64,000 nt of DNA from Geosiphon pyriformis uo1 (lineage: Eukaryota > Fungi > Glomeromycota), in the NCBI GenBank assembly GCA_016748015.1, contig JAAOMT010000276.1, positions 1-64,000 of the forward strand. The letters are read 5' to 3'. The notes under the pieces are model-generated. The model saw only the letters and a program-made list of their open reading frames with translations. It ran no database searches and was not told the origin of the DNA. Positions 24,458 to 38,474 of the stretch are shown here, piece after piece. The position numbers were made by a program, and so were the translations under genes. Within the stretch, counting starts at the first letter, position 1; the number at the start of each line of letters is the position of its first letter.

Positions 24458-25969
24458 CTATTAGCTTTAGTAAGCATAGACTTTGCTATTTTTTTTCTGA
24501 TTTAAACAATAATATTAGTGTTTATGTAAATATATAATGTTATTTTATTTGGCTTAAATGGATTACATATAGTAAATACATAAATTGTATTTAGTTTAAG
24601 CCATTTAGTTTGGTTCTGTATACTAGATAGTAGTTAAACTTTATTCATAAAACTGTATAATAATAAAAAATCAAATTATTAATTTTAAAAATTATACAGT
24701 TTAAAAAAAATTAATCAATTTAACTTAAAAGTATTTTTTAAAATAATAATTTTTTATTAATATAAACTAACAAATAAAAACAATAATAGCAGCAAAAAAT
24801 TTTTAAAATAAACAATAATAAATTATTATAAGCTTATAAATTTTAATTTAATCAGATTAATTTTACCAAAAATACTAAAAGCATTTTTAATCTTATTAAA
24901 AAAAAATATTATAAAGTATAACAAAAAAAACAAAAAAAAACAAAAACTATTATAGAAGACTTTCCAATTTTAAATGTAATCAAAAAACAAAATTACCAAT
25001 AACAATTTTAATAACAGTATTTAAAAAGTTTTAAAATGTAAAATTTACATAAACAACTTAATATTGTCTTTTAAAATTAACTTAAATCCAATAAATTCAA
25101 ATAATAAATAAAACAAAAAACCAATAAAACTAATTTAATTTTAAATATAATATTAAAAAACTAAAATAAAAACTATTTATTCAAAAAACTTTTAATAATT
25201 GAAAATTGTTTTTTAAGCATTATTAAAAACAATATTAGAAAACAAAAAAAAAAATTTAATTATTTAATTAATTAAAGTTTAAAAATTAAATAATTTAATA
25301 AGTTAATTAAATAAATACATATTTAAAAATATGTTATTATTATTGTTATTTATATTAAAAAAAAACCAATTACTATAATAAAAATTTTATTTAAGATTAT
25401 ATTTAGAACTACAAAAAAAATTAATACAATAATAACAAATATAAGCAATTGTTATTAGTTTTTAAATTTTCTGGTCTTTTTAATTATTTGCAAAATAATA
25501 ATAATAATAATAACCAAAAAAATTAATTTATTAATTAATTTATTATTAAAAACTTTAAATCTTTTAAAAAAATAAAAACAACATTAAAACAAATTTTAAT
25601 ATATTTTTTAAAAAAATTTCAACTATTAATTAAAGAAAAAATACTTTAAAAATTATTAAAAACAGTTTTATATTATTAATATTTAAAAAAAAACATTTTT
25701 AAACTATTTTATTTAATTGTTTTTATAAAAAACACTTTTTTTGTTAATTATTATAAAAAAAATTATGTTTAAAACTTTTTTACTTTTTATATACAATATT
25801 AATTTTAAAATTAAATTAAATTAAATAATAAAGTATTTTAAATTCTAATAAAAAAACTTAAAAAACTTGAATAAATAAGTAAAAACAAAATATTTAAAGT
25901 ATTTAATTTAATATTGTTTTTATATAAATTTAAATAATTAATTACATATAAACAATACATAAACTATAT

Positions 25970-26002
<33 letters not shown>

Positions 26003-26199
26003 ATTTGTAATATTTTATTTATAATTTTATTAATTTAACTAATTTTTAATTTAAAAATATAATTATAAAAGTTTGTTATTTGTTTTTTCTTTAAATTAAA
26101 ATTAATATAATATATATACATATATATAATAATACAAAATATTATTATAAAAATATTATTTAAAAACAGCTAATTAATAATAATAATTATTTTAAATTC

Positions 26200-28293
26200 T
26201 AATAAAAAGCTTAAAAAACTTGGATAAATAAGTAAAAACAATTTGTTTTTGCTGATTATTATCTGAATAATAATATATTAAATATATATTTCAATAGCAA
26301 TTTAATTACAATTTATTAAAAAATAATAAATTTTTTTTTATTAATATATTATTTGATAATTTGTCAATTAAACATATAAAATAATTAATATTAAATAAAA
26401 AAATATAATATTTATTTAATTAGTAAAAAATTCTCAAATATAAATACCAATTCTGGTTCTTATAACTAATATTAAACATGTAAAACTTATTTTTTAAAAC
26501 TATTCTTTTGTTTATAAAAGGTATAATATTATCTAATTTACACTATAGTTCTTATGTTTATAATTGGTAAATATCTTAATAATTAGAAAATAACAATATT
26601 ACTTTTTTATTTATATTATACTAACTCTATATATATGTTAGCAATATACTTAATTAACATTAATTTATTATAACAGTTGTTTAAAATAAGAAAAATCTAT
26701 TACAACCAGAATTTATTTGTATTAATAAAAGTAAAATTAATAAGATTTTTCTAAGTAATTAATAATATATATTATAATATTTTTGGAAAAAAAACAGCAT
26801 ATTTTGAATTAGCTGCTTTTGGTTTTAATGATAACAATATAATTAAAAAGCTATTAATTAAAATTATATTCAAATCTATTTTTTTTAAGATTGAAAAAAA
26901 TATAGTAGTTGTATCAACAATTAGAACTTTTGAACCTAATGGCTTTATTTTATCTGTGTTAACAAAAAAAAATTAAAGAATTCTAGCACTACAACAAATA
27001 AATAATAACACATTTATTTTTAATTTTTACAAAAAAAAAAATATTGTAGTATTATAAAAATCAATTAATTAATAGTGTTTAAAACAAAGTTGGTATTACA
27101 ATACATATAAATAGCATAATACTATTTGGTTATAAGTATTTATTAATTTAATACATAATATTAAACAGCCAGATGTTTTCGGATCTTACTTGTATTTTAA
27201 ATAAATGAATTAATTTTTATAAAATAAAATATATATTTAAACAACAAATTAGAAAATACAAAATAACAATAAATCTATTAGTTAATTAATAAAATATGTT
27301 TATTATTTAAATAAGTCAAGACAATTCAATAATAAAAATTTTATTATATGCTTGTTATAATATATTTATTTATCTATAAAATAAGCAAAAAAAAATTTCA
27401 TGCTTAAAAAACAATATTAAAATATGTAAATACACTAATATAATACTATATCCTAAAAATAACAATAAAAAAAAGGTTTGAAGTTGGTCAAAAATTATTG
27501 TATAAATAAACTAATTACTTTAATTTAAAAATTGTGCATATATGTATATTATAAATTATACATTAAAATTTATTGCTAAAAATATAAAAATACATAAGTA
27601 TACATATAATTTTTCAATTAATATATAAATATTAAACAAATCTAAAATCTAAACCAAAATATATTTGCAATTATAAAATCTGTTATCAATATTGACTACT
27701 TTTAGAATAAAAAATAAGCATTGTATAAAAACACAGTATTTGATAATTAAGATAGAAGCAAACAAATACTTGAATAAATGTTTTTGCTTAAAAATATATA
27801 TGTTAAAGATTAAATAACAATTAAAAAAATGAATAATAAGTTAAAAGAATTTGCAGATAATAATAAATTAGAACCAAATAAAGTACCAAAAATCTCAACA
27901 ATTCAAGAATGGATATCACAATATAACAAATTGTTTTTGGCACAGACAACAAGAACAGTATTGCAGTCTAATTTAAGTAAAAGCTCTTTGATAATAGTTG
28001 GAATCAAAAATAAGCAATGTAAAAGTAAGTTAAAGTAATAAGTTGAGTCTTTTGCATGTTTCTGGACTTGAAAAAATTAACTTTACAATGAAAATCAATA
28101 AATTTACCTTCAAAATTGTAAGCTTAATTCTTATATTTGAAACCACAAATGCCATTTCACATCAAATAAAACTTTTGTTAGAAAAGTAGCTATATTCTGA
28201 ATTTTGTAAAAGTAGTTACCTAAGGTTCCAGGTTGTTAAATAATGTAATTTTCATGTGCACATGGCTAGTCGTGTGACCAAGTTGTCTTTAAG
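26200..28293 (+). pseudogene. Eroded gene or transposon relic; only the C-terminal fragment is legible
   Basis: ORF 27829-28038 (KLEPNKVPKISTIQEWISQY) reads as protein, preceded by stop-riddled coding-like sequence. Boundaries are uncertain. Confidence 0.4.
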
Positions 28294-28820
28294 TATAACA
28301 AGATTGTTTTGGTTTTGCATATTATTGATCTGTATCGCACAGTATTAATAGATTGATTATTATTCCCAGGCGAATTACCAATTAAACATTAAAAATTATA
28401 ATGATTATTATATTAACAAATATTTTATTATATGTTTTTATTATTATTAGTTAAAACTTAAAATTAATTTATTACATAATTGTAATTTTAAATTATATAC
28501 ATAAATACAGTTTAATTATAATTTGTATAATAATAAAATTCAAATAAAAACTGTTTTTTATTGTAACTCGGAATTATTTGCAAAAAATATATAAAAAACC
28601 GGAAAAAAATGAATCAATGAATCTTAAAAGGAGATTTTTAAAAAAAACAAAAGCTTTTGACTTTACATTTAGTAATTAAAAATGCTAATAAGAAACTTTG
28701 AGATATAAAAAGACAGTTTAAATCTACCAAAAGTTTTGAATCTAATAATTTAATCCAATAGTTTAAGATTTTTCAATTTATGCCAATATTATAAATTTAT
28801 TTTTATAAAATATCTTGAAA

Positions 28821-30828
28821 TCATCTTAATGAAGTAAACTTTTGATATGCCTTTTCATGTCCGGATTGAATCGCCTTTTCCAACCACCTACGAGCCAACA
28901 ACAAGTTTTTCTTTTCTATACCGTATGAATCTGCATAAAATATACCCGCCCGATATTGTGCATCACCATTTCCTGCCTCGGCGGCTTTCAAATACCAATC
29001 CAGTGCCTTTGTGTAATCTTTTTTTGTGCGATAACCAATTTCATACAGCCAGCCAGCAGAGAACTGGATACGTTGTGTCTCGAGATTAGGAACTTGTTCA
29101 GAATCAACGATGGTAGACTGTAAAAGTGTAATATAGCTAGGAAGAATTTCCTCTGGTTTTATAATATTGGGGAATTTTCGAAGTTGTTGGTTGATTGCAG
29201 AGGTGGATTTGATGAATCCCAATTGATAAGTTTCGTAAATTATTTTAGTGATGGAGCTCAATAGCTCAACTTGTTCTGGTGTTAAAAGTGGTTCCAACAG
29301 TTTATCATCAAAGAAATTTTTGGGAGGATCGGACTCGATTGAATTTTTATCAGCCAGAAGAGGGTCTGATTGGTTAATCGAGGCGACTGAAGAGGATGGA
29401 GTGTCGACAAGTGTGCCTATTGAGCCAGTGGAGTTTATTGTCTTGTAAGATTCAATTAGTGTTTCTGCTGTCGAAGATATCACAGAGTCGGAGGTGATTG
29501 ATTCACTCGAGGTAGTGGGATTTGTAAAATTACTTTTCTGAGAGTAATTTTGGTTACTATTATCACCGTTGTCATCAACTTCAAGTTCGACCTCATCTTC
29601 CGACGAAAGATCATAAAGATCCAAAGACCGCATAGTCTTCGAAGCCTTATGTATCACATCATCATCATCCTCATCATACAATTCTTCCAATTCCAAACGT
29701 GCGAGGGTCAACTTTCCACGTTGGTTTGGCTCATATTTCGTGAGATTGTCAATTAGATTACGAAATATTGTTGGAGTGGCGTATGGGAGTTGATTAAGTA
29801 AATCGACTGTATGATCACGACGACGTTTTTCCTTACGAATAAAGTCATTGGATTTCTGGTTATATGGTGTTCTGCCGTCCAGTGCCACTGTTGAAAGGAT
29901 AGATGTGATTCTTTGAATTTTTTTTTCTAAAATATTTTACACTTGATTATTTCATACCTGACCATAAAATTAATCCAAATGAGTAAACGTCCGAAAGAGT
30001 CGGGAATCTAAAAAAAATCCCATTGATTATAGATCACAAATCATGAAAAATCAATGACCCTATTTACAACTTACTCCTGAAAAAACCGTCGTATGGTTGG
30101 TTCAACACAAACCCTTTCCGGCGCAACCCAAGCTAAGGTTCCACCGGCCTTATTCTCGGCCAACGCCAAATCTTCCTTCTCTTTGCTCACCCCGAAATCA
30201 CTCAATTTTGGGATTAGATCTTGAGTCAATAGGACATTTTCAGTTTTCAAATCGAAATGTACGACATTGTGCTTATGACAATACATCAACCCCAGTGCCA
30301 CATCGTGACATATTTTTGATTTAGTAGGCCATGAGAGATGATTTTTCTGAAGGTAAGAAGCAAGATCCCCATTTGGTGCGTATTCAATGACCAGCGAGAT
30401 TCGAGAAAGGTGCTTGTGGACACCGTAAAAGGTTATTATGTGTGGACTTTGGAGTTTTGAAATGGTGGCGTATTCGGCGAGTAAGGATTCAAGATCAGCC
30501 TGCAAAAGTATAAATGAAAAGATTAAAAGGTCACTTTTATGAAACTCAATTCACAGTTAGATATATTGAGTAAAGGTGATGAAGAAATTAATTAATTTTT
30601 AATGACATCAATTATAAAATGGGGGAATCAATGTTGAAAAAAATTATAGCAAAAAGTAGCAATTAAATAATTACAGTTTGATTATTGTACCTCACTTCGT
30701 TTGACCGCAACCACCTTTCCACGAAACAATCCTCTATAAATCTCGCCCATTCCACCACGACCAATTACTTCTGGCGGGTCAGACATAACCAAATCCGTTT
30801 TCTTTAAAAGGATCCGTCCAGAATACAT
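28821..30828 (-). CDS. Tyrosine-kinase-like (TKL) protein kinase with C-terminal Sel1-like repeats, 559 aa; exons 30828-30691, 30499-30075, 30007-29958, 29887-28821
   Basis: GT-AG introns join 1680 nt in frame. Kinase motifs GRGGMG, VAVK, HFDLKTEN, DFG, APE, DVYSFG; Sel1 motifs KALDWYLKAAEAGNGDAQYRAG and WLEKAIQSGHEKA. Confidence 0.92.
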
Positions 30829-32837
30829 GATTTTTACTTGGACAACGAGGGTAAAAAATAATTGAGCTAATGAATTTTTTTAATTTGGGTAATTTCTCGA
30901 TTGATACTTACTTATATCTACCAAACAAAGTTTCGTAGATCATCCTATATTTTTATTTTTATATAATTGTAAGCGCAGTTTTTTGAAACGCTATACAAGC
31001 AACACAATTTGTAATTGATATGCTCTTAATTACCTTTCATGCCAATGGTCTTTATTTTGTTTGCGATCATGGTACAACCTAACATGGATAAAACTTTCAA
31101 AAAAAAAGGTCTTTACAAATATTACGAGAGAAAATGGCTGTAGCAACTTCATAATTGAATATGAAAAAAATCAAAAATAAGGTTGTAAATAATTTAGATT
31201 GTTTTTTTTGAAAAATTTGACTCCACATTATAATTTTCTAGATCATGAACCTTTGTCAAAAACAAGTGTGCACCAGCAAAGTCTGTCTAGTTTTTATCAT
31301 GACTCCATAGCAAAGCATGAATACTCAGTGTTTGAGTAAAACTTAAAGGTGTAGAGTGACTTTTGGAAGAATCGTTCCCTAATAAATTTCAGAAAACTCA
31401 TAAATTCAAGAATTAAAAATTTCAAAGACTTACTAGTGTGAAAATATTCATATTTTGGCTTCTCGCCGTTCACACACATTAGACATATAAGCAACAAGAG
31501 GATAAAGTTAAAACAATCAAGCAGCTAAAAAATGGTTATGAAGAATTCATTAAATTGCAAATTTGTTATTATGAATGTAACATTTAAAATTAAAATTTTT
31601 TTTTTTGCTAAGGTTAAAGGGGATTAAAGTCAAAAAAAATAAGGAACTTCATTATCTTGAGACAGAAAAGGAGTTGGAAGAATTGTTAAAACTTTGTGAA
31701 AAAGTAAATGTATTAAATAATCGAATTTTAATTTTTTAATTCATTTTTTTTTTTTTTAAAAAAAAAAATTCCAATCTATCTATTTTATTAATATATTGTA
31801 ATAACGATTTAATGATATATTATAATTTAAAACATTTTATAATATGATAAATTATTAATATTTTAATATTAAAATTTTATTTTGCTTTAATATTACATAA
31901 AAAAAGGGAAAATTAAAAAAAAAGATTTTTTTTCTGTTTAATATAAAATTAAAAATATTTTGAAAACATAATTATTAAAGATATTATAACAAAATTTTAG
32001 TTTTTTTTTTTTTTTTTTTTAATAATAACAATTTTTTTTAAGCAAATTAATATTGATATAACATATTATTAACTAAATTTTCAATTAAACTTTTTAAATT
32101 ATTATTATTATTATTATTATTTTAAAATAATAATATTAAAAATTTTATTTTATATAATTTTTATATGTTTTTTAAATATATATAATTGTAAAATTTCAAG
32201 TTTTAAATATATATATATTTAAATTAAACAATAATATTTTAAAAATAATAAATTTAATATTAAAGTTTTTTTTTTTACATATTTAAAATTATTATTAAAG
32301 TTGATTAATAATAATAATAATAATTAGATATTAAATTTATTAAATATGTAAATATATAATAAATAATACATAAAATTAAGTTTTTTTAACAAATAATTAT
32401 AAAAATAATATTTTATTTTTACAATTATTTAATAGATAAATTTATTTAAATAATTATTTTTACAAAAAAACAACAACAACAACAACAAAAATTAAAAAAA
32501 ATTATTGTAATAAAATAAATTTTTGTATAAAAATAAGATATGTAAAAATATATTATTTTCAATTTGGATAAATAGCTTTTTTATAAAAATTTACGTTATA
32601 ATTATATTTTTTAAACACAAATATTTAATAATTAATAGTAAAATGCATTAAAAAAATTTCTTTTTAAAGAATTTATTTTATTTCTAATATATATACAATA
32701 TATTAAATAAAATAAATAAGATCAGATATTTATATTAGAAATAATAATATTGTTTTTTTTTGTTTACATATATATATATATATATGTATATGATCTATTT
32801 TTTTTGTAATTTAATTATTTAATTATTATAAAAATTT

Positions 32838-32838
<1 letters not shown>

Positions 32839-32929
<91 letters not shown>

Positions 32930-33760
32930 NNNNNNNNNNNNNNNNNNNNNNNNNNNNNNNNNNNNNNNNNNNNNNNNNNNNNNNNNNNNNNNNNNNNNNN
33001 NNNNNNNNNNNNNNNNNNNNNNNNNNNNNNNNNNNNNNNNNNNNNNNNNNNNNNNNNNNNNNNNNNNNNNNNNNNNNNNNNNNNNNNNNNNNNNNNNNNN
33101 NNNNNNNNNNNNNNNNNNNNNNNNNNNNNNNNNNNNNNNNNNNNNNNNNNNNNNNNNNNNNNNNNNNNNNNNNNNNNNNNNNNNNNNNNNNNNNNNNNNN
33201 NNNNNNNNNNNNNNNNNNNNNNNNNNNNNNNNNNNNNNNNNNNNNNNNNNNNNNNNNNNNNNNNNNNNNNNNNNNNNNNNNNNNNNNNNNNNNNNNNNNN
33301 NNNNNNNNNNNNNNNNNNNNNNNNNNNNNNNNNNNNNNNNNNNNNNNNNNNNNNNNNNNNNNNNNNNNNNNNNNNNNNNNNNNNNNNNNNNNNNNNNNNN
33401 NNNNNNNNNNNNNNNNNNNNNNNNNNNNNNNNNNNNNNNNNNNNNNNNNNNNNNNNNNNNNNNNNNNNNNNNNNNNNNNNNNNNNNNNNNNNNNNNNNNN
33501 NNNNNNNNNNNNNNNNNNNNNNNNNNNNNNNNNNNNNNNNNNNNNNNNNNNNNNNNNNNNNNNNNNNNNNNNNNNNNNNNNNNNNNNNNNNNNNNNNNNN
33601 NNNNNNNNNNNNNNNNNNNNNNNNNNNNNNNNNNNNNNNNNNNNNNNNNNNNNNNNNNNNNNNNNNNNNNNNNNNNNNNNNNNNNNNNNNNNNNNNNNNN
33701 NNNNNNNNNNNNNNNNNNNNNNNNNNNNNNNNNNNNNNNNNNNNNNNNNNNNNNNNNNNN

Positions 33761-33791
<31 letters not shown>
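32839..33791. other. Assembly gap (N 32930-33760) flanked by (AAT)n and (AC)n microsatellites
   Basis: Directly visible. Confidence 0.98.
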
Positions 33792-33792
<1 letters not shown>

Positions 33793-34419
33793 CAGAAAAA
33801 GAGATATGATAATGTGGGATGAGAAAAGAAATCAATAATCAAAACTATGCTGTTTGAGAGAACAATTACAAAAAACAATTGACCGTCTAATTTTATTTTT
33901 TTAATCACGCGCTTTAGATTTTTAACAAATTCTCTTTTAGGAATATGTGTTTTGATTTCATATTTATTCTCTTGGCAACATCACATTCAGATTTATCGTT
34001 CAAAATAAGTAAAAAGAGTTTTTTTTAAAGAACAAAAGATTTCTTTCAATTCATTCATTAAAAATTGAAATTTATTTACTAGATAGACAATCATTGCAAA
34101 CCCTTTTTTCAATATCAGTCAAATCAGATTCCAAAACTTATTCAAGGAGATGAGAATAGGTCCGAGGTGCTCTATTTTTGCTGAAAAGGGTTCTAAACTT
34201 TTTTTATTATTGGTCATCCCTATTTTTCTCTATTTTCGGGAATGGGTAACATTCAAAGCCAACGATGTTTTACCATTGGGAAAACAAGTGATGTTATTAT
34301 AGTTTGAGGTCATGAGTTTTAATATGATAAATTACAAAAACAAAAACAAAAACAAAAACAAAAACAAAAACAAAAAAACAAGTATTTAGATCTCATGGGA
34401 TGAACACCAATAAATTATA

Positions 34420-34810
34420 TATAGAAAGTATAATAAAGGGATGATACAGTTAAAAATTATTAGAAAGCCTGAAAAGTGAATCTATTATGAAAGACTATCT
34501 CAAAACACTTTTTTGCCATGTTCACTCATTCTGAACCAATTAGAACCTTTTCTAGATAGATACAATATACGACCACTCCAGTCTTTTTACCACAATGCTA
34601 TTCTAAAAGGGGTATTTCATCAACATGCTCGAGGATGAATTCGACAAAGAAAATTGTGTTTTCGTTACACAATTTCATTTAAGAATGGGTCTCAGATAAA
34701 TTGTGAAAACAAAAAAGTTTGAAAAAAAATTAAATTCAATGACGACTTTAAAAGATTTTGGCAGATCAAAATGTTCACTGAAAATCATTATTCTTCTCAT
34801 AACCATCAAA

Positions 34811-34873
<63 letters not shown>

Positions 34874-35294
34874 CATCATCATNNNNNNNNNNNNNNNNNN
34901 NNATATAGAAAGTATAATAAAGGGATGATACAGTTAAAAATTATTAGAAAGCCTGAAAAGTGAATCTATTATGAAAGACTATCTCAAAACACTTTTTTGC
35001 CATGTTCACTCATTCTGAACCAATTAGAACCTTTTCTAGATAGATACAATATACGACCACTCCAGTCTTTTTACCACAATGCTATTCTAAAAGGGGTATT
35101 TCATCAACATGCTCGAGGATGAATTCGACAAAGAAAATTGTGTTTTCGTTACACAATTTCATTTAAGAATGGGTCTCAGATAAATTGTGAAAACAAAAAA
35201 GTTTGAAAAAAAATTAAATTCAATGACGACTTTAAAAGATTTTGGCAGATCAAAATGTTCACTGAAAATCATTATTCTTCTCATAACCATCAAA

Positions 35295-35342
<48 letters not shown>
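34420..35342. repeat. ~440-460 bp direct duplication across a 20-N gap, each copy ending in (CAT)n; probable scaffolding artefact
   Basis: 34420-34882 matches 34903-35342 apart from CAT count. Confidence 0.85.
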
Positions 35343-35630
35343 GGGGGCTTGTCAACAAAAAACGCAAATTTTTGATCGATCATTAACACACTATTACCGA
35401 GAGCAGTAAAAGAGGAGCTCTTCATTTTTCATAGAAAGGGAATTGAAAGCGTGGAAAAAGCCGAAATTTTTTTTAAACATTTGATTAAATGGGAAGATTT
35501 TAATAATATTTTTTTTGTGCTTTTTAAAATTATCATCTACAATCAAATCAATCGCACAGCCATTCTGTTTGATAATCAAAAGTTTTGGTTTAACAATGGT
35601 GGTCCAAAATTTCAATGGTAATCATGTGCA

Positions 35631-35775
35631 TGTAGTAATAGTAGTAGTAATAATAATAATAGTAGTAATAGTAGTAGTAGTAGTAGTAGTAATAGTAATA
35701 GTAGTAGTAATAGTGGTAGTAGTAGTAGTAGTAATAGTAATAGTAGTAGTAGTAGTAGTAGTAATAGTAGTAGTT
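35631..35775. repeat. Compound (GTA/ATA)n microsatellite
   Basis: Directly visible. Confidence 0.95.
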
Positions 35776-36318
35776 TTTCAAATTACGAATGTGTACTCTT
35801 TTCACAAGATTAGAAAGTATCGGATTCAAATTTACAAAAAAGTAAAAACCAATTTCCGGAATACGTTTTTTTTTGTACGACAAATAAATAGATTTTCAGG
35901 ATTGCGTTTTTAATTTACGTCAAATGAGAATGTGTTTTCTTAAAAGTATTTCGAATTATATGTGTGTGTATATATGTGTATGTGTATGTGTATATGTTTG
36001 TGTGTTTCTCCGTCCTGGATTAAGTTTGTAATTTGGATATAACTTATCAAATATATAATATAATGTAATAACATTGATAAAATTATTTTATCTTTGAAAC
36101 TCTAATCTTTTTATTGTGATAATTGCCCAAAAAATTTAAAAATAAAAAATTAATGGTTACCATTTTGATCTAAGAAAATCAATCCAAGTTTAATCTTCTT
36201 AGCAGAAAAGATAGATAAAAGACATTATTTAATCAATCAATCAATCAATCAATCAATCAACTTTAATGAACCTATTGAATACACCCTTAAACGAGGTGAA
36301 GTCATATCTGATGTAAAA

Positions 36319-36356
<38 letters not shown>

Positions 36357-37424
36357 AAACATATAATAAAACTTTTTGGTCACGATAGAATCTAAAAACT
36401 CCAAACAGCCCTCGATTTCATAAAAGATAATGCATTATAATTGGAAAAAGATTATTCCACCACGTTAGTGGCCGGGGGTGAACAGTGCGGTAGTAGGCTG
36501 AATCTCTTCAAAAAAAAAACCATTTAGATTTGGGAGAAATCTGAAAAATTAAAAATTCCCTTATGATCATCATCAAATTAAATCCTCTTTAAACGAGGAA
36601 ATATTTATGCCAAGAAAGTTTCAAAAAGTTGAACACAATCATTTAAGTAATTCAAGTTTTTACGCCAAAAAGCTAATGAGTGACGGATACACAAAGGGGG
36701 AAACCAATCATGTAAAATCAGTTGTTATGGAATAAAGATCGACTTCTTTTTTAACAATGGAAAATCCATAAATCAATGTAGAACGAAAATCTTGAATGTC
36801 ACATGAGGTCAGGAAGATCGGGCTAGGTTTTTAGGTGTGTAATAGATAAAAGATTTGGACCAGAGGGAAAATATCAAAAAAGATACGCAGTAATAAATCA
36901 TAAAGGGTGAGGGTACCCATTCCCATCATGCAATAAATTTCGTTAAAGAGACACTCTGTCAACAAACATATCTTTTCAATAAAGAAATAAATTTAAAATT
37001 TTTGAGGTTGAATTGTTTTTCTAATATGATATTGTACATATATATATATATCAATTGTATGTATGTATGTATGTGTGTGTGATAAGGATAAATAATGCAA
37101 TCAACTGATCGCATTATTTTCTGATTACCTTGGAAATTTCAAAGGCAGAAATATTTAATTTAGTCACACAAATGGTTAAAGAAAAGGTTTCAAAGATTGA
37201 CCACGTTGAGAATATAATGAAAAATTATAAATCGTATCCCAAATATGGAATCAATGAAAAATTTTTATCGTGATAAAAAAGAATTCGAAAGATGGAAATA
37301 TTTAAGCTTAAATTTAGTTATTAAAGTTCATTCATAGAAACTATGAAAAAAGAGGCTGATTTCTTTTTCTGGGATAATAGGGATACTTTATTAAGATGTT
37401 CATTGATAATATTTTGGAATATTT

Positions 37425-37477
<53 letters not shown>

Positions 37478-37639
37478 TTTATTATTTTTATTATTATTTT
37501 TATATACACGTGGCTCTTGAATGGGCAAAATTTACAAAAAAAGTATAGGAATACATTGGTTTTTAAAATAGTCTAATTTTAACAAAAAAACAATTTTTTT
37601 GTTAATTCAGATTTCACTTTTTTTTCTTTTCATAATTCA

Positions 37640-37676
<37 letters not shown>

Positions 37677-38474
37677 GAATCGTTTTTGGAAATCAAAGAA
37701 AAAACGTTTTTGATACTATTTTAAAAAGTTAACGATGATCGATTGCGTGCATTGTTTGACACGTGTCACGATAGTTTTTACCTCCGACATTAATGAAAAA
37801 GATATCATTCACGTGGCTTATAGAGTCGACAATTGTTATTGTTATTGTTATTGTTATTGTTATTGTTGTGATTGCTTGTTTGAGAAAATATCAAAAAAAT
37901 CTTTTCTATTTTCAATATTAATTTTTTATGAATATAATATACAAGCAAAAAGCAAAGAACGAATAGGAAAGGAAAATCATAATATGAGTAAAAATTTGTT
38001 ATTTATTTTCAACGATTGGAATTCTTCGTAATAATTTATCATATTCAATGAATCGATATTTTGGATGAATTTTCACGATTTATTAAGATACCTTTTTTTA
38101 TTTTTTTATTTTTTATTTTTTTAATGCCTACTTTCTATTCTTAGGAAAAATAATTATAATGATATGTATACTATTTATTTCCAAAATATTATCTTTTTTC
38201 TAAGCTCGTGATGTTTTTAGTTCATTGATGGAGACTACAACCTCGTTGCTCATTAATTTACATTGGGGAAAATAAAAAGTCAACATTAGAACCCGTATCG
38301 TGATGAAAAATTTTTGTTTGTATTAAATATGTGTGTATCCACAATAATTTCATAAATATTTTCGAAAATTTTTACGGGTTTTTTTTTTAATGATAAAATT
38401 GCTTTTTAACTTTGATGTTTATAGATTTGATTTAAACAAAGTGACTCAAATGTTATCTATAAGTTAATGATGAA

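Larger units (their letters stand above)
22732..24670 (+). mobile_element. Eroded LINE 3' part (RNase H end, zf-RVT, 3' UTR, A tail), interrupted by a solo LTR
   Basis: ORF 23060-23251 LPVVVKKRLYNKIYLDVLCLLY matches MRKRLYNSRYLSIICIRC at 55157; 3' terminal motif shared with 55840-55879. Confidence 0.8.

Noticed and set aside
25837-26241. ~50-bp direct repeat (25837 and 26191) as element termini
   Set aside because: Real similarity, but it lies in extremely AT-rich eroded DNA with no TSD or internal structure to interpret.
32815-33908. Three 325-360 aa ORFs
   Set aside because: Artefacts of translating the N gap and the flanking SSRs.
34420-35375. Duplicated poly-His ORFs / tandem gene duplication
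   Set aside because: (CAT)n translation; identical copies abut a 20-N gap, which is typical of an unmerged contig overlap.
35515-35913. Poly-Val and poly-Tyr ORFs (similar cases at 37321, 46413, 47368)
   Set aside because: Microsatellite translations.
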